Source: Azolla caroliniana (taxonomy: Eukaryota; Plantae; Polypodiophyta). Taken from it: 64,000 nucleotides of DNA. The DNA is taken from the NCBI GenBank assembly GCA_043228905.1, contig JBHGNT010000008.1:2790001-2854000 (forward strand), read 5' to 3'. A model generated the notes under the pieces. It was not told the origin of the DNA and made no database searches. It saw only the letters and a list, made by a program, of their open reading frames with translations. Below, in pieces: positions 24,891-38,200 of this stretch (its first letter is position 1; the number at the start of each line of letters is the position of its first letter). A program made the translations under genes and the position numbers.

Positions 24891-27800
24891 TTATGAAACC
24901 TTCCTACTTTTGAGTGCAATCCCGAGCTCTGCAATACCACCAAGCTCTGTATCCCTTTTGGCTGCTTCTACGTCCCTCTTTGAAGGTGAATTCTTTAATT
25001 TTTCCTGTTCTGCTTCCCTCTCTGCTTTCTTCTTTTCTATTGCAATAAGTTTGCAGTTCTCATCATGTGCTTTTTTGAACATCACAACGAAGTTCAGCAA
25101 CACAGAAACAACTACAAAACGAGAGAGAGAGAGAGAGAGAGAAAGAAAGAATACATTAGAGACATAAATTGAATTCTTTTGCTTTACATCCAAAAAGAAA
25201 TGCTAGATTATCCTTACCAAGTTACATCTAACCTCTTAACACTATAACACTCGAGCCATTCATTTGTGGGCAAACCATTAAGAATCATATAATATATCTG
25301 CTCACATGAATAATTTCTCCTAGCCACCAAATTCATGAACTAATGTGTTCTGATCCCACTAGTTTCATGACCTAAGGTTGATGAACTGTGACTAAATGTG
25401 AAAGAAATACGAATCTATAGTCTAAGCCCCAACATCGAACTTCTGGGTCAATATCGCATGAAGATAACAAAGATAATAATGTTGGACTAACAAATAACTC
25501 CCAAAATATTGATACATTTGCTGAGATAATATTTGGTTCATTTTTAAGAGCACATACCTTGTTCAAATGGACAGCGAGCAGGATCTTCACCAAAATAATG
25601 TGCCAAGGCATCAGCATTACGTCCCTACAACCAGTTTTCCCTACTAGTGAGGAATCTTCCATCTTAATATACAAGATAAGAGCAAGAATATTCTTAGTCA
25701 TCTGTTATATTTCATTAACATTATACCACTTCAGAATATAAAGATGTCAAAGAGCGCCCTTCTGCCTCAGCCATATCGAGAAAGGATTTCAAGTTCTGGA
25801 ATCCATTGAACAGTCATGAATACTCGAATAGATAGTATTAAAATTAGTAGCATATTACATCATTCTAAGCCCAAACCTTTCGAAAACGTTCAGATACAGG
25901 ACCATCAGTTTCTGAAGCTGTAAGTTCCTGCTCTACCTTCCCTAGACTTTTACTCACTGCTTGCATTTCCTCAGCCAGGAATTTCAGTTGTACCTGAGAA
26001 AGAAATGCAAACCTGAGACAGATAAGATCCACTAGCCTATCGAATGAAAATTCATGATGTAATTTAGCTAACCTTTGACGCTTCCTCTAAATGAGCCAGG
26101 TCTTTGTGATAATCAAGAAGCTCAGGTAGCTTATCAGCTAATACCTGGCAACAACAATATGAATGATAAGTGTGCCAATTTTATATCAATCTATGAACTA
26201 AGTTTTCCTTATGATCACACATGATGCATCAATTAGCTGTCTATAAACTTGACTCGTGTTCACAATCAGTCTTGCCTCACGCACAAAAAAAGGCCATCTG
26301 TAAGGTTTAAATGTTGATCATTAATGGATCATAAACATGATTAAATCTCTTTACTTCAGCTGTGCCTCAACAGCTTAGAGATCATAGAATATGCTATAAG
26401 ATAAGTTTGATGCAGATCATTATACAGACTGTCACCTAAATTCTTCATTGCAAAACAGATTTTTCCAAGATGAGCCTTTTATTGAGGACCCCTTCAGCAG
26501 TACATGTTATATCACAAGCATCATATAATATTTTACAGAAGCTTGCCTGGATGATTAGACAATAACCAATATAATCAACCAAAAATAACCTTTTAAAAGA
26601 AGAAACTACGTTTATAATAGCCTATAATCGCTTCTGGTGAAACATGAAGTCACACTGTTTGCTTAGTTGAGCTCAAAGAAGTATGCATAAATAATTACCT
26701 TACATAAGTAGTGCATTAAAGTCATCTTGTTATCCCGAGCACGAGTATCAGTAAGTTTCAAAAGGCTATCCAACTTAAATCCAATAGCAGAACCTGATCA
26801 GTTCCACATCATACAAAAATATAACAAGATCCTTGAGACAATTTGAACATTGCACAGCAATACAATACAGTTCAATAAATATACTTATGACAATTTGCAT
26901 AAAATATGTTAATGACCAACAGAATTCGTGAAGTTATGTAGCACATACTATCATCCCCATATTTTTTTTGATAAAACATAAACTGCAAACATGAAATGAA
27001 ATGAGCTTTGGAATTTCTTCTTAGTAAACAAACACTAAATTAAGCCTCTTCTAAGCAAACAAACACTAAATTGGAAGGAAACATAAACATAATGAGCCCT
27101 CTAATATGCATAGTGAAACATTAAAAATAATATAGGATGCAGAAGAGAAATGACACTCCCATGTAAGCATTCAAATATGATCTTGGTTCTTCTCTAGTAA
27201 GTTGAATAAATTTCCATATCAAGAGCTGTTTTGCTTTTCCAGCTCATATATCCAATCTAACAATGTTATAAACTCAAGTTTCTGATAGTGTGTTCGGGTA
27301 GGGCATTTATTTACCTCGAGCAGTTCCTTGGTTCAAGGCATTCCCAAGTGAGAGAATAGTCTGCATGATTTGCCGGAATTTCATTGATTCTCTTACCTGA
27401 TGAAAGTAATCAAATGTCAAAAAGCTTATCTGTTTTAATTTTATGTTTCAAAGTAGTCTCGAGAATTACCTCCTTGGAAGCATTATTTACTATGCTCAAG
27501 TTTCTTCGCAGATCTTTAACCTGTACTTAGAATATGCATAAATATTATGAAATAATATTATGAAATGCAATGAGAAAGCGATGGACTTCAACACATGCCT
27601 GGGTCGAAAATTGCAGTTTGAACGAGAATACTCGTAGTTTTGATTCCACTCTTGGAACTTTCATCATCTCCAGAAAGAACTGAAATAAGCACAGAATAAT
27701 ATTCAATGTGGGAAAATATGTATAAAAGCAAAAGCAACGTCACTCTGTGGATGGAAAAACAGGGTAGATAACACTTCTTTGAAAAAAAAAACGTACCTGT

Positions 27801-30800
27801 TCACATTTCCCCAACTTCTCCTTGTCCCCAACATAACCCTGTTAAATACAAGTACCAAACAACAATCACACATCGTCTACAGATAAGACACCTAGCCATT
27901 TACTAGTTTACTCATACAGTGATTGCCTATAAATTTATCAAGTTATTAACAGTTATATGAATCTGTTTACTAGAAACTGCCTGTTGTGAATGAAACTAAG
28001 ATAGTTATACTAAAGCGCCCCATCATTTATTGGCTATGGATTAGAGATATATCCATAAGAGAAAATATCAAGTAGAGTTTTGCAACAAAATCATTCCAAT
28101 AACCTGCAACGCCCTATTCTTGAATTTTATATTTCAGCCATTTGTGTTACAGGATTATTGATTGGATATAAAAAATTACTATCAATCAGCACAGATTTTA
28201 CCCATTTCTATAGTTTATATAAAGCATAATTCCAAACTGTATTTTTTTAAATAAAACACTAAAGAATAGATCATAAATGCAAACCTTCAGCAGGTCCATT
28301 TCCTCTTTATTAGGACAAAACTTTATGAGGTTTTCAACTTGATCAACATCGAGTATTGTACCATCCAAAGCTAGTATAGCACTCTGAAACGAAAATTCCA
28401 CCATAAAATGATCATGCTAGTATTAGTCGAGAGGTAGAAAGATCAAACTTCTGCAGTTGGAACCACACCATGGGGAATGACCAAAGTAAAAGTCAAATAT
28501 TCAGTGGCCCTTTGCCCTCTTAGCATTAAAATCTTCCAATGTAGTAGGATGAAGTTATTTTTCCAATTGCAATTACAAGACATAATTGAGAGTGAAGTTA
28601 CTTTTGTGATACTGTGTACCAAGAGGACATTTCATTCCTTCTATCAATAATATTAAAACGCACTTTTTTGTACAACTTAGAAAATCTATTGTCAAATCAG
28701 AAAGTCCAAAACATTGTGTTCTTACCAGCACATCCGGCAAAGGCATCTTGACCTTCGTAAGCATAATCTCACAGTGATTTGCCCTTCTCATATCAATCTA
28801 AAGTCATGAAGACAAAAGTTTTACAACCAATCTTAACATTTAGCATAATATCAGTATTCATATCCACAAAATTCAGAAACTTTACCAGATGCACTTTTTC
28901 TGGTTTTGAACCAAGCGAGGCTCGACGCCCAGAACGTCTTTCACCGGGACCTTCCGCATTAGCATTAGGTACAGATGCTGAGAAGAGGCTTGCTAACTCC
29001 GATGCATCAATCTCAGGACCCCTAGTTTGTTTAAAAAGAAGAACATATAATAGGATGAAGACATTTGCAATTCTCAAAAAAGAAGAAGACTAGGGTCCAA
29101 GCAATGAACACGTACTTGGAAGCTTCCTCCAGCTTTTGGGTTTCTGCCCATAAGCTACCTTGAACTGCCCTCGTCACTTTCACCCAATGGAATGGTTTCA
29201 AAGAAGCTTTCTTCGCTGTTGTCGGAGGGGCTGCACTCGGAGGAACCAATGATGCAGAAGAAGAAAGACCCTTCACATCACCAGAGGGTGGTGCTAGAGG
29301 TGTTGACGTAGCATTGCCAGGAGGTGGAGGGGGTTGTCTTATAGAAACACTGTCAGGACCCTTCTTAGTTGGAGGCTGGGGAGGAGCAGGTGGGCCTTTC
29401 TTCACAGGAGGGGGAGGAGGTGGAGGGGAGGGAGGACCTTTCCGTCCTGGAGGAGGAGGAGGTGGTGGAGGACCTTTTGGAGGAACAGAAGGTGCTTTGC
29501 TTCCTGGTGGAGGAGGAGGGGGAGGGGGAGGGGGAGGCAGTTTCGATCCTAGGCGTGGAGGAGGGGGAGGGGGAGGGGGAGGGACAGGCAGTTTCGATCC
29601 TGGGGGTGGAGGAGGTGGAGGTGGAGGTGGAGGTGGAGGCAGTTTTGATCCTGGGGGCGGAGGAGGTGGTGGTAGCACTTTAGACCCTGGCATCAGAGGC
29701 GGCGGCGGTGGCGGTGGTGGTGGTGGTGGGGGGGCTTTTGAACCTGATTGTTGTTGGTGGTGTTGGTGTTGTGGAGGAGGTGGAGGTGGTGGTGGAGGCG
29801 GTGGTTGTAGTGTTGCTTTTAATCCCAACTGTGGTGGGGGTGGGGGTGGCGGTGGCGGTGGGGGTGGTGGTGGCAGAATCCCACCAGTTGTCTCAGAAAT
29901 CCCTGATGTCAATGATGCTAGGTTTGCTGACTCCAAATTAGTAACACCCAATTCAGGCTGCTTTTGCACAACCACAGGCTGTAATGCTACATGAGGCAAA
30001 GCTGCATCATCCCCTAACCCATCAGTTGATGGTTGCCAGCTCGAAAGTTGACCTTGATCATCAGCAGATTTTGCTTTATCTTGCAAGATTTCTTCTTTCT
30101 GATCCATATTATCACTAATATGACCCTCTTCATGCAATGTATCCACATTACTTTCCACATTGACAGAAGAAATTTGCTTCAGAAAACGAAGCGCTGCATT
30201 CTCTTTTGCATCAGTCCAATCCACATTGTTGAATAGCTCCTGAACCTTTGCAAAAGCTTCCACTGGCAATCCAACTTTTTCTTCTCCTCCTAGCATCTCC
30301 ATAGTAGCTCCAGAGGGTTTTGCACTCTCCATATCAGTAAAAAGTACCTGACGTTAGGAAAGTAAATGATACCATTAGACCAGAAACATAGTCTAGAATC
30401 TGGGCAAGGTATTCAATTATTTCTTATTTGGCTCACTTCAGCTCGGAAGTCCTTCGTGAACCGATCTTTTGCATCCCAAAGAGCATCAATGTCATCTTTT
30501 CCTAGCATTAAAATATTTGACCTAATAAAAGCTGTATTGAACATGACGCGGAACATCATTTGTTCCCTCTCCAGATCTGCATCAAGATGGATACATTCCA
30601 ACACAACATCCCCTTGCACACCACACTGAATATCAATCTTTACAACATCGCAGTCAGCCTGAAACCAAAACGCAATGCATCAATATAATCTATAATGATA
30701 CACTTTTATGGCATGAGACCTACATAGTTAAACAGATTTCCAAGTGTTCTGAGTGCGCATCCACAAATAATGAGATGAGGTATGTAAAGAGAGGGATACC

Positions 30801-32969
30801 AAAGCTTGGGATGTACAATAAATTGAATGCTAATAGAATGTGTTCAGACAGCCAACAAAAATCTATGAGACCAAAAAAATTATACCCATGTGAGAATGGA
30901 CATCATTTTATACCTGTCTTATATGGCGAACTAATTTGCTTCTCTTATCCATGCTGAACAACATGTGTGTGGTTCGACCACCTTTGTCCTGTGGATCTAG
31001 ACCATAAACGCGAATGAGTGGTCTGCAACCCCCTTCTGTATCAAAACTAGGAACCACTCGCAGTATCAGGCAGTCAAGCATTAGAGCTCGGTCGGGGGGA
31101 GGCCACTCTTGTGAGATATTCCTCCTTGCAATGTACTGAAGATATCGTACCTGAGATGGTATTGGATTGAGAGGCGAAAGTAATGGTAGCAAACCTCTAG
31201 GAGCTTCTCTGTGTACCAAATCCAAGGTCTTTTGTTCACTAGTTTGCAATCTCCGGTATATGAGAAGGCCAGCTAGCATGAAAGCCAAAGTAGGCCAACC
31301 ACCCCTTTCACAATGCAACAGAACAATATTGTGATGGCCCTCTAGGGTGATCCAACTGTCCGCTGATCGCATGAAATGGTGAATTATCTCTAATGATAAG
31401 ATCGGGCATCCTTCATATTGCCGAGGATAATCCATCACGGTCATATCATATTGTGAGAGAATGTCGGTTAGTTGGCTTTTTCTTTCTCCTTCTCGGAAAT
31501 TGAATACCAGGAATGATGCGTCTGGGAATTGCTCGTGGAGGAGGGTGGCAATCTGACGCATGTGCATCTTGTAGGTCTCCTCTTCGAGCACATCAGTGGA
31601 GAAACAACTGTCAAATACTGTACAAAAAAAGAGAAACAGGAACCCTAATAAAAACCTAATTGCAATAATTTCTTGACAGAATCTTGCCAAAAAAGGTACT
31701 GAATCAAGGGCACGAACTGACACTCAATTCACAGTATGAATCAAATAAATTATAAAAAGAAAAACAGAAACTCACAAAAACTCTAAATTTGAAAATACTC
31801 ATTGGACAATTCGTTACTCGTCTTCAAATGTCTTTTACATTCAGAAATGGAATTCAAAAATCATTTGAACTCATTTCAAAGGAAAATGAGAACCTATTCT
31901 AAAAACAAACCCTAATTGCAGGAATAGTCACCAGAATATGACCAAAACAGGAAAATCAAAGAATCAAATCGACATGCAACTCCTAGAAAAACAAATTCTA
32001 AACACAAAACAGAAACGTGAATAGGAATATAAAACCCTAAATATAAATTATACTAATGAATTTTCTCTCATGTATAAGAGTTTAAATCTTCAATCGATAT
32101 GCGAATAGATGAAGAAGAAGTATATATTCAATGTCTCTGACAGAGGCCCATGTAGCTTATGTAACCAAAACAAAAGATCATGTAGCTTGCTCACTTGTTC
32201 CAGACATCAAAATTAGAAAACCCTAAATAAAGATAAGAAGAGAGAAAGAAAGTTGCCTACTGATGGCACACCTCCCCTGGATCGTACTTTGTGTTTAAGG
32301 AATGCTGACTCATGATTATGATATTTCCCAGTGATGGATACCTTCTATTTTTCAAGAAGGTGTCTCATTTTTCTCCTAATTAATACCAACACAGGAACTC
32401 TAAATTCAGGGAGAATGGAGGATACTTTTTATTGCCCATCACAATGCTGCTAAAAAGAGGTGAAGCTAGGGCTCAGATAACAGACAACCCAAAGGAAAAT
32501 AAACCCCAATACAAACAAGGAAATGTCCCACTAGAGTCATGGAACCCATAAATGGCATGATTTCTTTCGTTCATCCGAATGCTGCATGAGAAAAGTTAAT
32601 CTAGGTATCAAATCCCCTTCCACTGAAAATCGGAGACTCTGAGAAAAGAACGGAAGGAGTAATGGGAAAGTACAGAAACATTAGTAGAAATCAAGAACCC
32701 GAAATAAAAGGCACAGAAACTCTGTGATTAAATGAAGAGATGGGTGGTTTTCTATCCTCGAATTCGCTGAAAACACTCAATTCTCACAGAAAACAGGAAT
32801 CCTGAAAAACTAAAAAAGAAACCAGAAACACACAAACCCCAGAGAAAACCTGATTTGGCGCAAAGAGAAAAGAGTGTGTTTTAGGGGGTAACTCACCATA
32901 GACCCTCTCCGTGATCTCCAGGAGACCATCAGGAGGTTTCCTGTAGAAGAATCTACGGAACAGCGCCAT
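24891..32969 (-). CDS. Class II formin (PTEN-like phosphatase/C2, FH1, FH2), multi-exon
   Basis: Start MALFRRFFYRKPPDGLLEITERVY; PTEN-like FDSCFST..HCERGGWP; C2 region GDVVLECI..MMFRVMFNTAF; polyproline FH1; FH2 LKPFHWVKVTRAVQGSLW, RRANHCEIMLTKVK, LGNALNQGTARGSAIGFKLDSL, YFGEDPARCPFEQ. Resembles the AtFH13/14/18/20 and moss For2 type. Confidence 0.96.
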
Positions 32970-33151
32970 GACTGGGAAGGGAGCAAACGAATCAAAAGGC
33001 AACAGGGCAGATCAGATACCAATCAGTTCATCAGAAGAAGACGAAGAAGGAAGAAGATTTCTGAGCTTAGAGCAGCTAGTATAAATCAAAAGCCAGACGA
33101 ATCTCTGTGTCTGTCTGTCTCTCTATCTATCTACATATTTCTCTCTATTTC

Positions 33152-33182
33152 ACATACATACATACATACATACATACATACA

Positions 33183-33213
<31 letters not shown>

Positions 33214-33258
33214 GTACATACATACATACATACATATGTACATACATACATACATACA
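33152..33258. repeat. (TACA)n microsatellite
   Basis: Directly visible, upstream of the formin ATG. Confidence 0.95.
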
Positions 33259-33346
33259 TGCCTCATTTCATTTCATTTGTCTGTGGAGAAGGAAGTCTGA
33301 TGGGTGGATGGGATGGGATGGGATATGGAGGTTGCTCTTGTGACTC

Positions 33347-33431
33347 CTCTTCTTCTTCTTCTTCTTCTTCTTCTTCTTCTTCTTCTTCTTCTTCTTCTTC
33401 TTCTTCTTCTTCTTCTTCTTCTTCTTCTTCT
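33347..33431. repeat. (TTC)n microsatellite, about 28 units
   Basis: Directly visible. It produces the spurious poly-S/L/K/R ORFs in the track. Confidence 0.95.
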
Positions 33432-35279
33432 GGGAGGGAAGGGAGGGAAGGAATCCCAGAAGGAATTCTGGCCCCCCTTGTGCCTGCTTGGTTTGCCTGC
33501 CCGCCTGCCTTTCGCCCGGACCCACACGGTCACAGTCAGGCCAGAGCACTCCGCTACCACATCTCTCTAGACCAAGAGACTCTGTTGATGCCACCGTGTG
33601 TGTGTGTGTGCGCGCGTGTTCTTGTTCTTGCAGGGACACTCGTTTGTCTGCCCATTGGGAACAGCCTCCTTGTGTACCCGCATCCACTCCCTCGCCCATC
33701 ACGTCATCATGGTATCCAAACCCATCCCACGCAGAGAAGAAGCTCCTCCTGTCAGTGTACATATGGCCTCCCTTGTCCATCCTGCACGATAACAATCCAT
33801 GGTTGTGGGTTATATCGTTCCCCCGACCACCCACTGTCTTCTTCACCTCTCGCCCTTGCCTTCGATTTCCCCATGTCTGGAATGGTCCTTTACGTTATCA
33901 TTCCCAATATCAACCCCCCCTGTCTCGTTTTCTGGATTCAAACTTTGTTTGATGTATCCTTCCATTCCCTCCTCAACAACATTTGTTTGTGTGTGTGTGT
34001 GTTTTGTTTGATTGTCGTGGATGTTTACATCTCACAAAGGTTGCACAAGCCCCGAACTTAAGTTGTTCTACCCTCGTTAAAGTCGCACGTTGTGTGTGGA
34101 ATTTGGGTCGCGCGTATTTACCCGATATTGTTTTTTATGATATTGCTCAAGCTCGTGGGCATCCAGTTGGGTTGATCATAACCTAACGTGGATGGAAGAG
34201 TTCGAGACTTTAGTGTGTTCTTTAATATTGTTCTATAGGTATGGATCCATCTCTCGTGTTGCAACATTACAATTCACTCTCTCGTAGTATGCATTATCAC
34301 ATCCTCATGCACTATAATTTTGTTTCCCTCCCATCATGATCTTTCAAACCTATACAATTCATCATCATTGTGTCTCATATCTGACAATTTGAACCCCGTA
34401 ATGATGATACTCATTAGCTTAACATGCATTTCATGATGCTTCCACACTTTGATGAGCATGCATCCTTTTACCTCATTGTGAATCCTTTGTCCGTATGATG
34501 TTTAGGTAGGATATGTAACTCCATCATATTCACGACATTGATAAACATCGTATAACGTCGTGTATGAATCATCATCGTGTATTGCAAAGTATAACAACTC
34601 GTACTATTAAAATTCTCATGTTGTAAATGATTATTTTCTATTGTGGTTCCATTCACCTTGTGCCCATGGCATACATCAAGTTAGACAACCTTATTTCATA
34701 TTGTATGGTGTGTGTTTATATATGATTTTTGCAGTGCTCACATTTGCATTAAGTTTTGGTGAGGGTGTTGTTATTTTACTACTGAATTGCATGACTTCTA
34801 AAACGAAAACACATATGAAGACTAGAACGACTTGAGATCATCAAAGAATGTGGAATATCCCGAAGAGAAAGTAGCACACGGTAGCCCGCTAGAGACCAGG
34901 TACAACATATGACACAAAGCATAGCCCATTGCAAGGATCAAACTTATGTTCTCTCAAATTTGTCACATTGTTATTACGGTGTAAACAACCAAGCCAACAA
35001 CTAGAGAGATGAATTTGTTGTCAAGCAACTATACATGTTTGGTAACGAGCATTACACGTTACACATTTACGCTACAATGTTATAACCCGGTGCGTAACTC
35101 AAGGTCCAAAAATGTATGCATAAAAAATGGAAAGTTTATAATAACCTTTCCAGGGGAATTCCTCAAGACTAGGAATGCATAGTATAAAGCGTTGATCTAT
35201 GTTTTTCAGCAAACCTTGAACATGTCACATATAACCTTTTTCTCATAATAACATTAAAAAAGAAATATGTTGAAACCAT

Positions 35280-38200
35280 GAATTCACATTAGAAACCTTT
35301 GAGAGAGTAATGTGAGAAAGGAAAGAGAGTAACGTGAGAAAGGAAAGCACAAATATATAGTCGAACTTGGAACAAGTATTTTTGTCGTTGCAGATGCATT
35401 TTATTGAAGTTGATCTTCAACATGTAGAAGTCGTGATGTGACATTAATAAAGTTCTACAACGATCTTTTACTACTTCATGTACACATAATTTCTTGATTT
35501 TAGCTTCCCGAGTCATTTAGCTTTTCTATACATTTCTTTTTGCTTAGAATAAAAAGGAGGGGCTTTTGAGACTTTGTAGACGGCACTGTCATGCATGGAA
35601 CCAAGTTCAACCAACTATTGTTAAACAATATGCTCTTTCTACACACCCTTGATACTTACTATGTTCTTTATAACACAATGCAACATTTTTGTGATTTGGT
35701 TAAAAATGCATGCAAAGATTGAAAAAGCCAATCCAATCATCGAAATCATTTCTAAGTGTTTGTGTTTTCATTTCCCATGCCACTGCATCACTTTGACCAC
35801 ATGTAACCTCTTTTTTAAAAGGTGAGAGAACAACCTCACCATCTTTTAAAAAGATGAAATGTTGATCGGATCGGGATCTACAACCCACTTATGACTTGTA
35901 TAAGCAAACACTTGAATTGCCATGTTTGAGTGAAAACCCATGGCTACATAAGGTTAACTAGGACTCTTTGCAATGGACGTGGCACGATTTTTTATGCATG
36001 GCACGGAAGCAAACTCATCCCCTTCCTCTAATTCACAACCAGATTGGGTCGCCACATCCTAGCTGCTCAAACCAACAGATAATCGGTTGGTTGTTGCAAA
36101 TATATGATGTTCCCCATACAACTATTGCCATGTTTTGCCATCAATTATGGAAACAAGAACAAGCTAGATGAATTACCACATTTCAATGGTTATTAACGTA
36201 GGTTACTAACAGTTGGAGCTTGGCAGTGTGGGTTCCTTAGCTCTCCTAATTGGGTAGCATTCCCCAATGCAATAGAATCAATTCAACACGCTCTATGGGG
36301 CTGCCCAGATACCCATTGAATCTGGTAGGGGGTTGGCCAACTATTGCAATTATGCTAGGTGCAAGACACATTCAAGTGGGGAATGTATGTTGGTTATCAC
36401 GGCAAGCCCCAATTAACATATACGAACATCAGGAGGAGGGGATGACATTGGTGATAAAGGCACAAGAGATCTCGTTTTCCACCACCAACAATATTCACTC
36501 AACTCCCATCAATGCCAAAGTTTCTAGTCGTGTTGGAATTTGTCAACCCAATAACACTATGGGTTATTTGGAAACAACATTGTAGGCGGGTCTTCTCCAA
36601 TAAAAGGTGCACAAAGCAGCGTTATTGCAGGAGATATGGAGTGAAGTTGTAGCCACACTAAAGGGCCAATATGATTGCATCAAGAGTGGATCCAATGGAG
36701 CCGATAGACAATGATTAGCCATCATCCAACAATGATCGTCCTCTCCATTTCTTGAGTCAATGGGCCTCTACATAAGATCAAACTATAGAGTTCCTTTAGA
36801 TTGGATTTGTATATAACATTCTCAGCTGTAAAAATTTTAACTAATGGAGGGAGTTTTGTTTTTGCGAAAAAAGGAAAAAATGAAATGTTGATTACCCAAC
36901 TAGTCAATATAGTACTCATATCCCTTGCATAGGTTTCTTGGGAGGATGAGATCAATTGTTGGAAGCCAATTTCCTCATACTCTTTTGCTCTCTTTGTCCC
37001 AATCAATCAATGTTACACAATATTGGGTACCTTCAATCAATCAATTTCATGCATCTCCATTTATTAGAACTCATTGACAAGGTTCACTTGAATGTTGACA
37101 AATTGAAAATGCTTTTGGATGCTCATTTCCATTCTAAGAAATGACATCTACATACAAGTCTAATTAGCCATGCACATTGTCCAAATAACTTATGGATTTT
37201 ACATCAAGTAATTTCTATAATCTAATGAAAGATAGCACAAGGGATCCATAAGTAATATTTATATATGATTAAACCAAATTTGATTAGATCATTGAATTTT
37301 TATGCTTCAAAATTTCAAAATTTATTTATCTGAAAGTTTATGCATCGCTTCTGATATAACATGCTCTAAGCAAGGCATAACCCATTTATTTGATCAAAAA
37401 AATTGTTTGCAACTTGATTCATGTCGAGCTTGGCAAAATCCATTGATTCAATTTGAAACCTTATATGACAATATCACTAAGACGAGGGTGACATTTCTAC
37501 TGTAATTTGAATTATAAGAGAAATATGTTTTTGAATGTCTTTCACAGCTTGATAATTAAGAGACCACACATATATTAGTTTTTGAAGGGTGGCAGCATGG
37601 ACATTATGATGAACAACATATTGTGGTAAATGCGAAATAAAAATATGGAAATTGCGAGAAAAGGTTAAACAATATCATTACATTGTCCAAAATGATGGGG
37701 ACAATATGCATTACATAGTTTGGCGAAGGATGCAAGTTACGAAACAAAGGTGATGTGTTATCATTATTTTGTGTGATACATGGGGACAACATGCATCCAT
37801 GATGCCATACTTTAGCAGCAACAAGTGTATAATTCATTCACCATGGTTGAGATACTAAAAGGTTTATACTTGGGAGGTTAGGTGGACATTATATTCTCCT
37901 TATATCCCCTTCCTAAAGTTTGTTTGTCAATTTTACTAGAAAAACATAACTTCTTCGACAAATTTAGAATGTTGTGGAACAAATGTTGGCAATGGATGGG
38001 GACAATATGCATTCCATAGTTTGGCAATGGATGCGAGTTATGAAACAAAGGTGATGTGTTATCATTATTTTGTGTGATACATGGGGACAACATGCATCCA
38101 TGATGCCATACTTTAGCAGCAACAAGTGTATAATTCATTCACCATGGTTGAGATACTAAAAGGTTTATACTTGGGAGGTTAGGTGGACATGATATTCTCC

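Noticed and set aside
29314-29994. Gly-rich 226-aa plus-strand ORF
   Set aside because: It is the antisense shadow of the formin polyproline exon.
33258-34061. Poly-Ser, Lys, Arg and Leu ORFs
   Set aside because: These are artefacts of the (TTC)n tract, with no recognisable domain.
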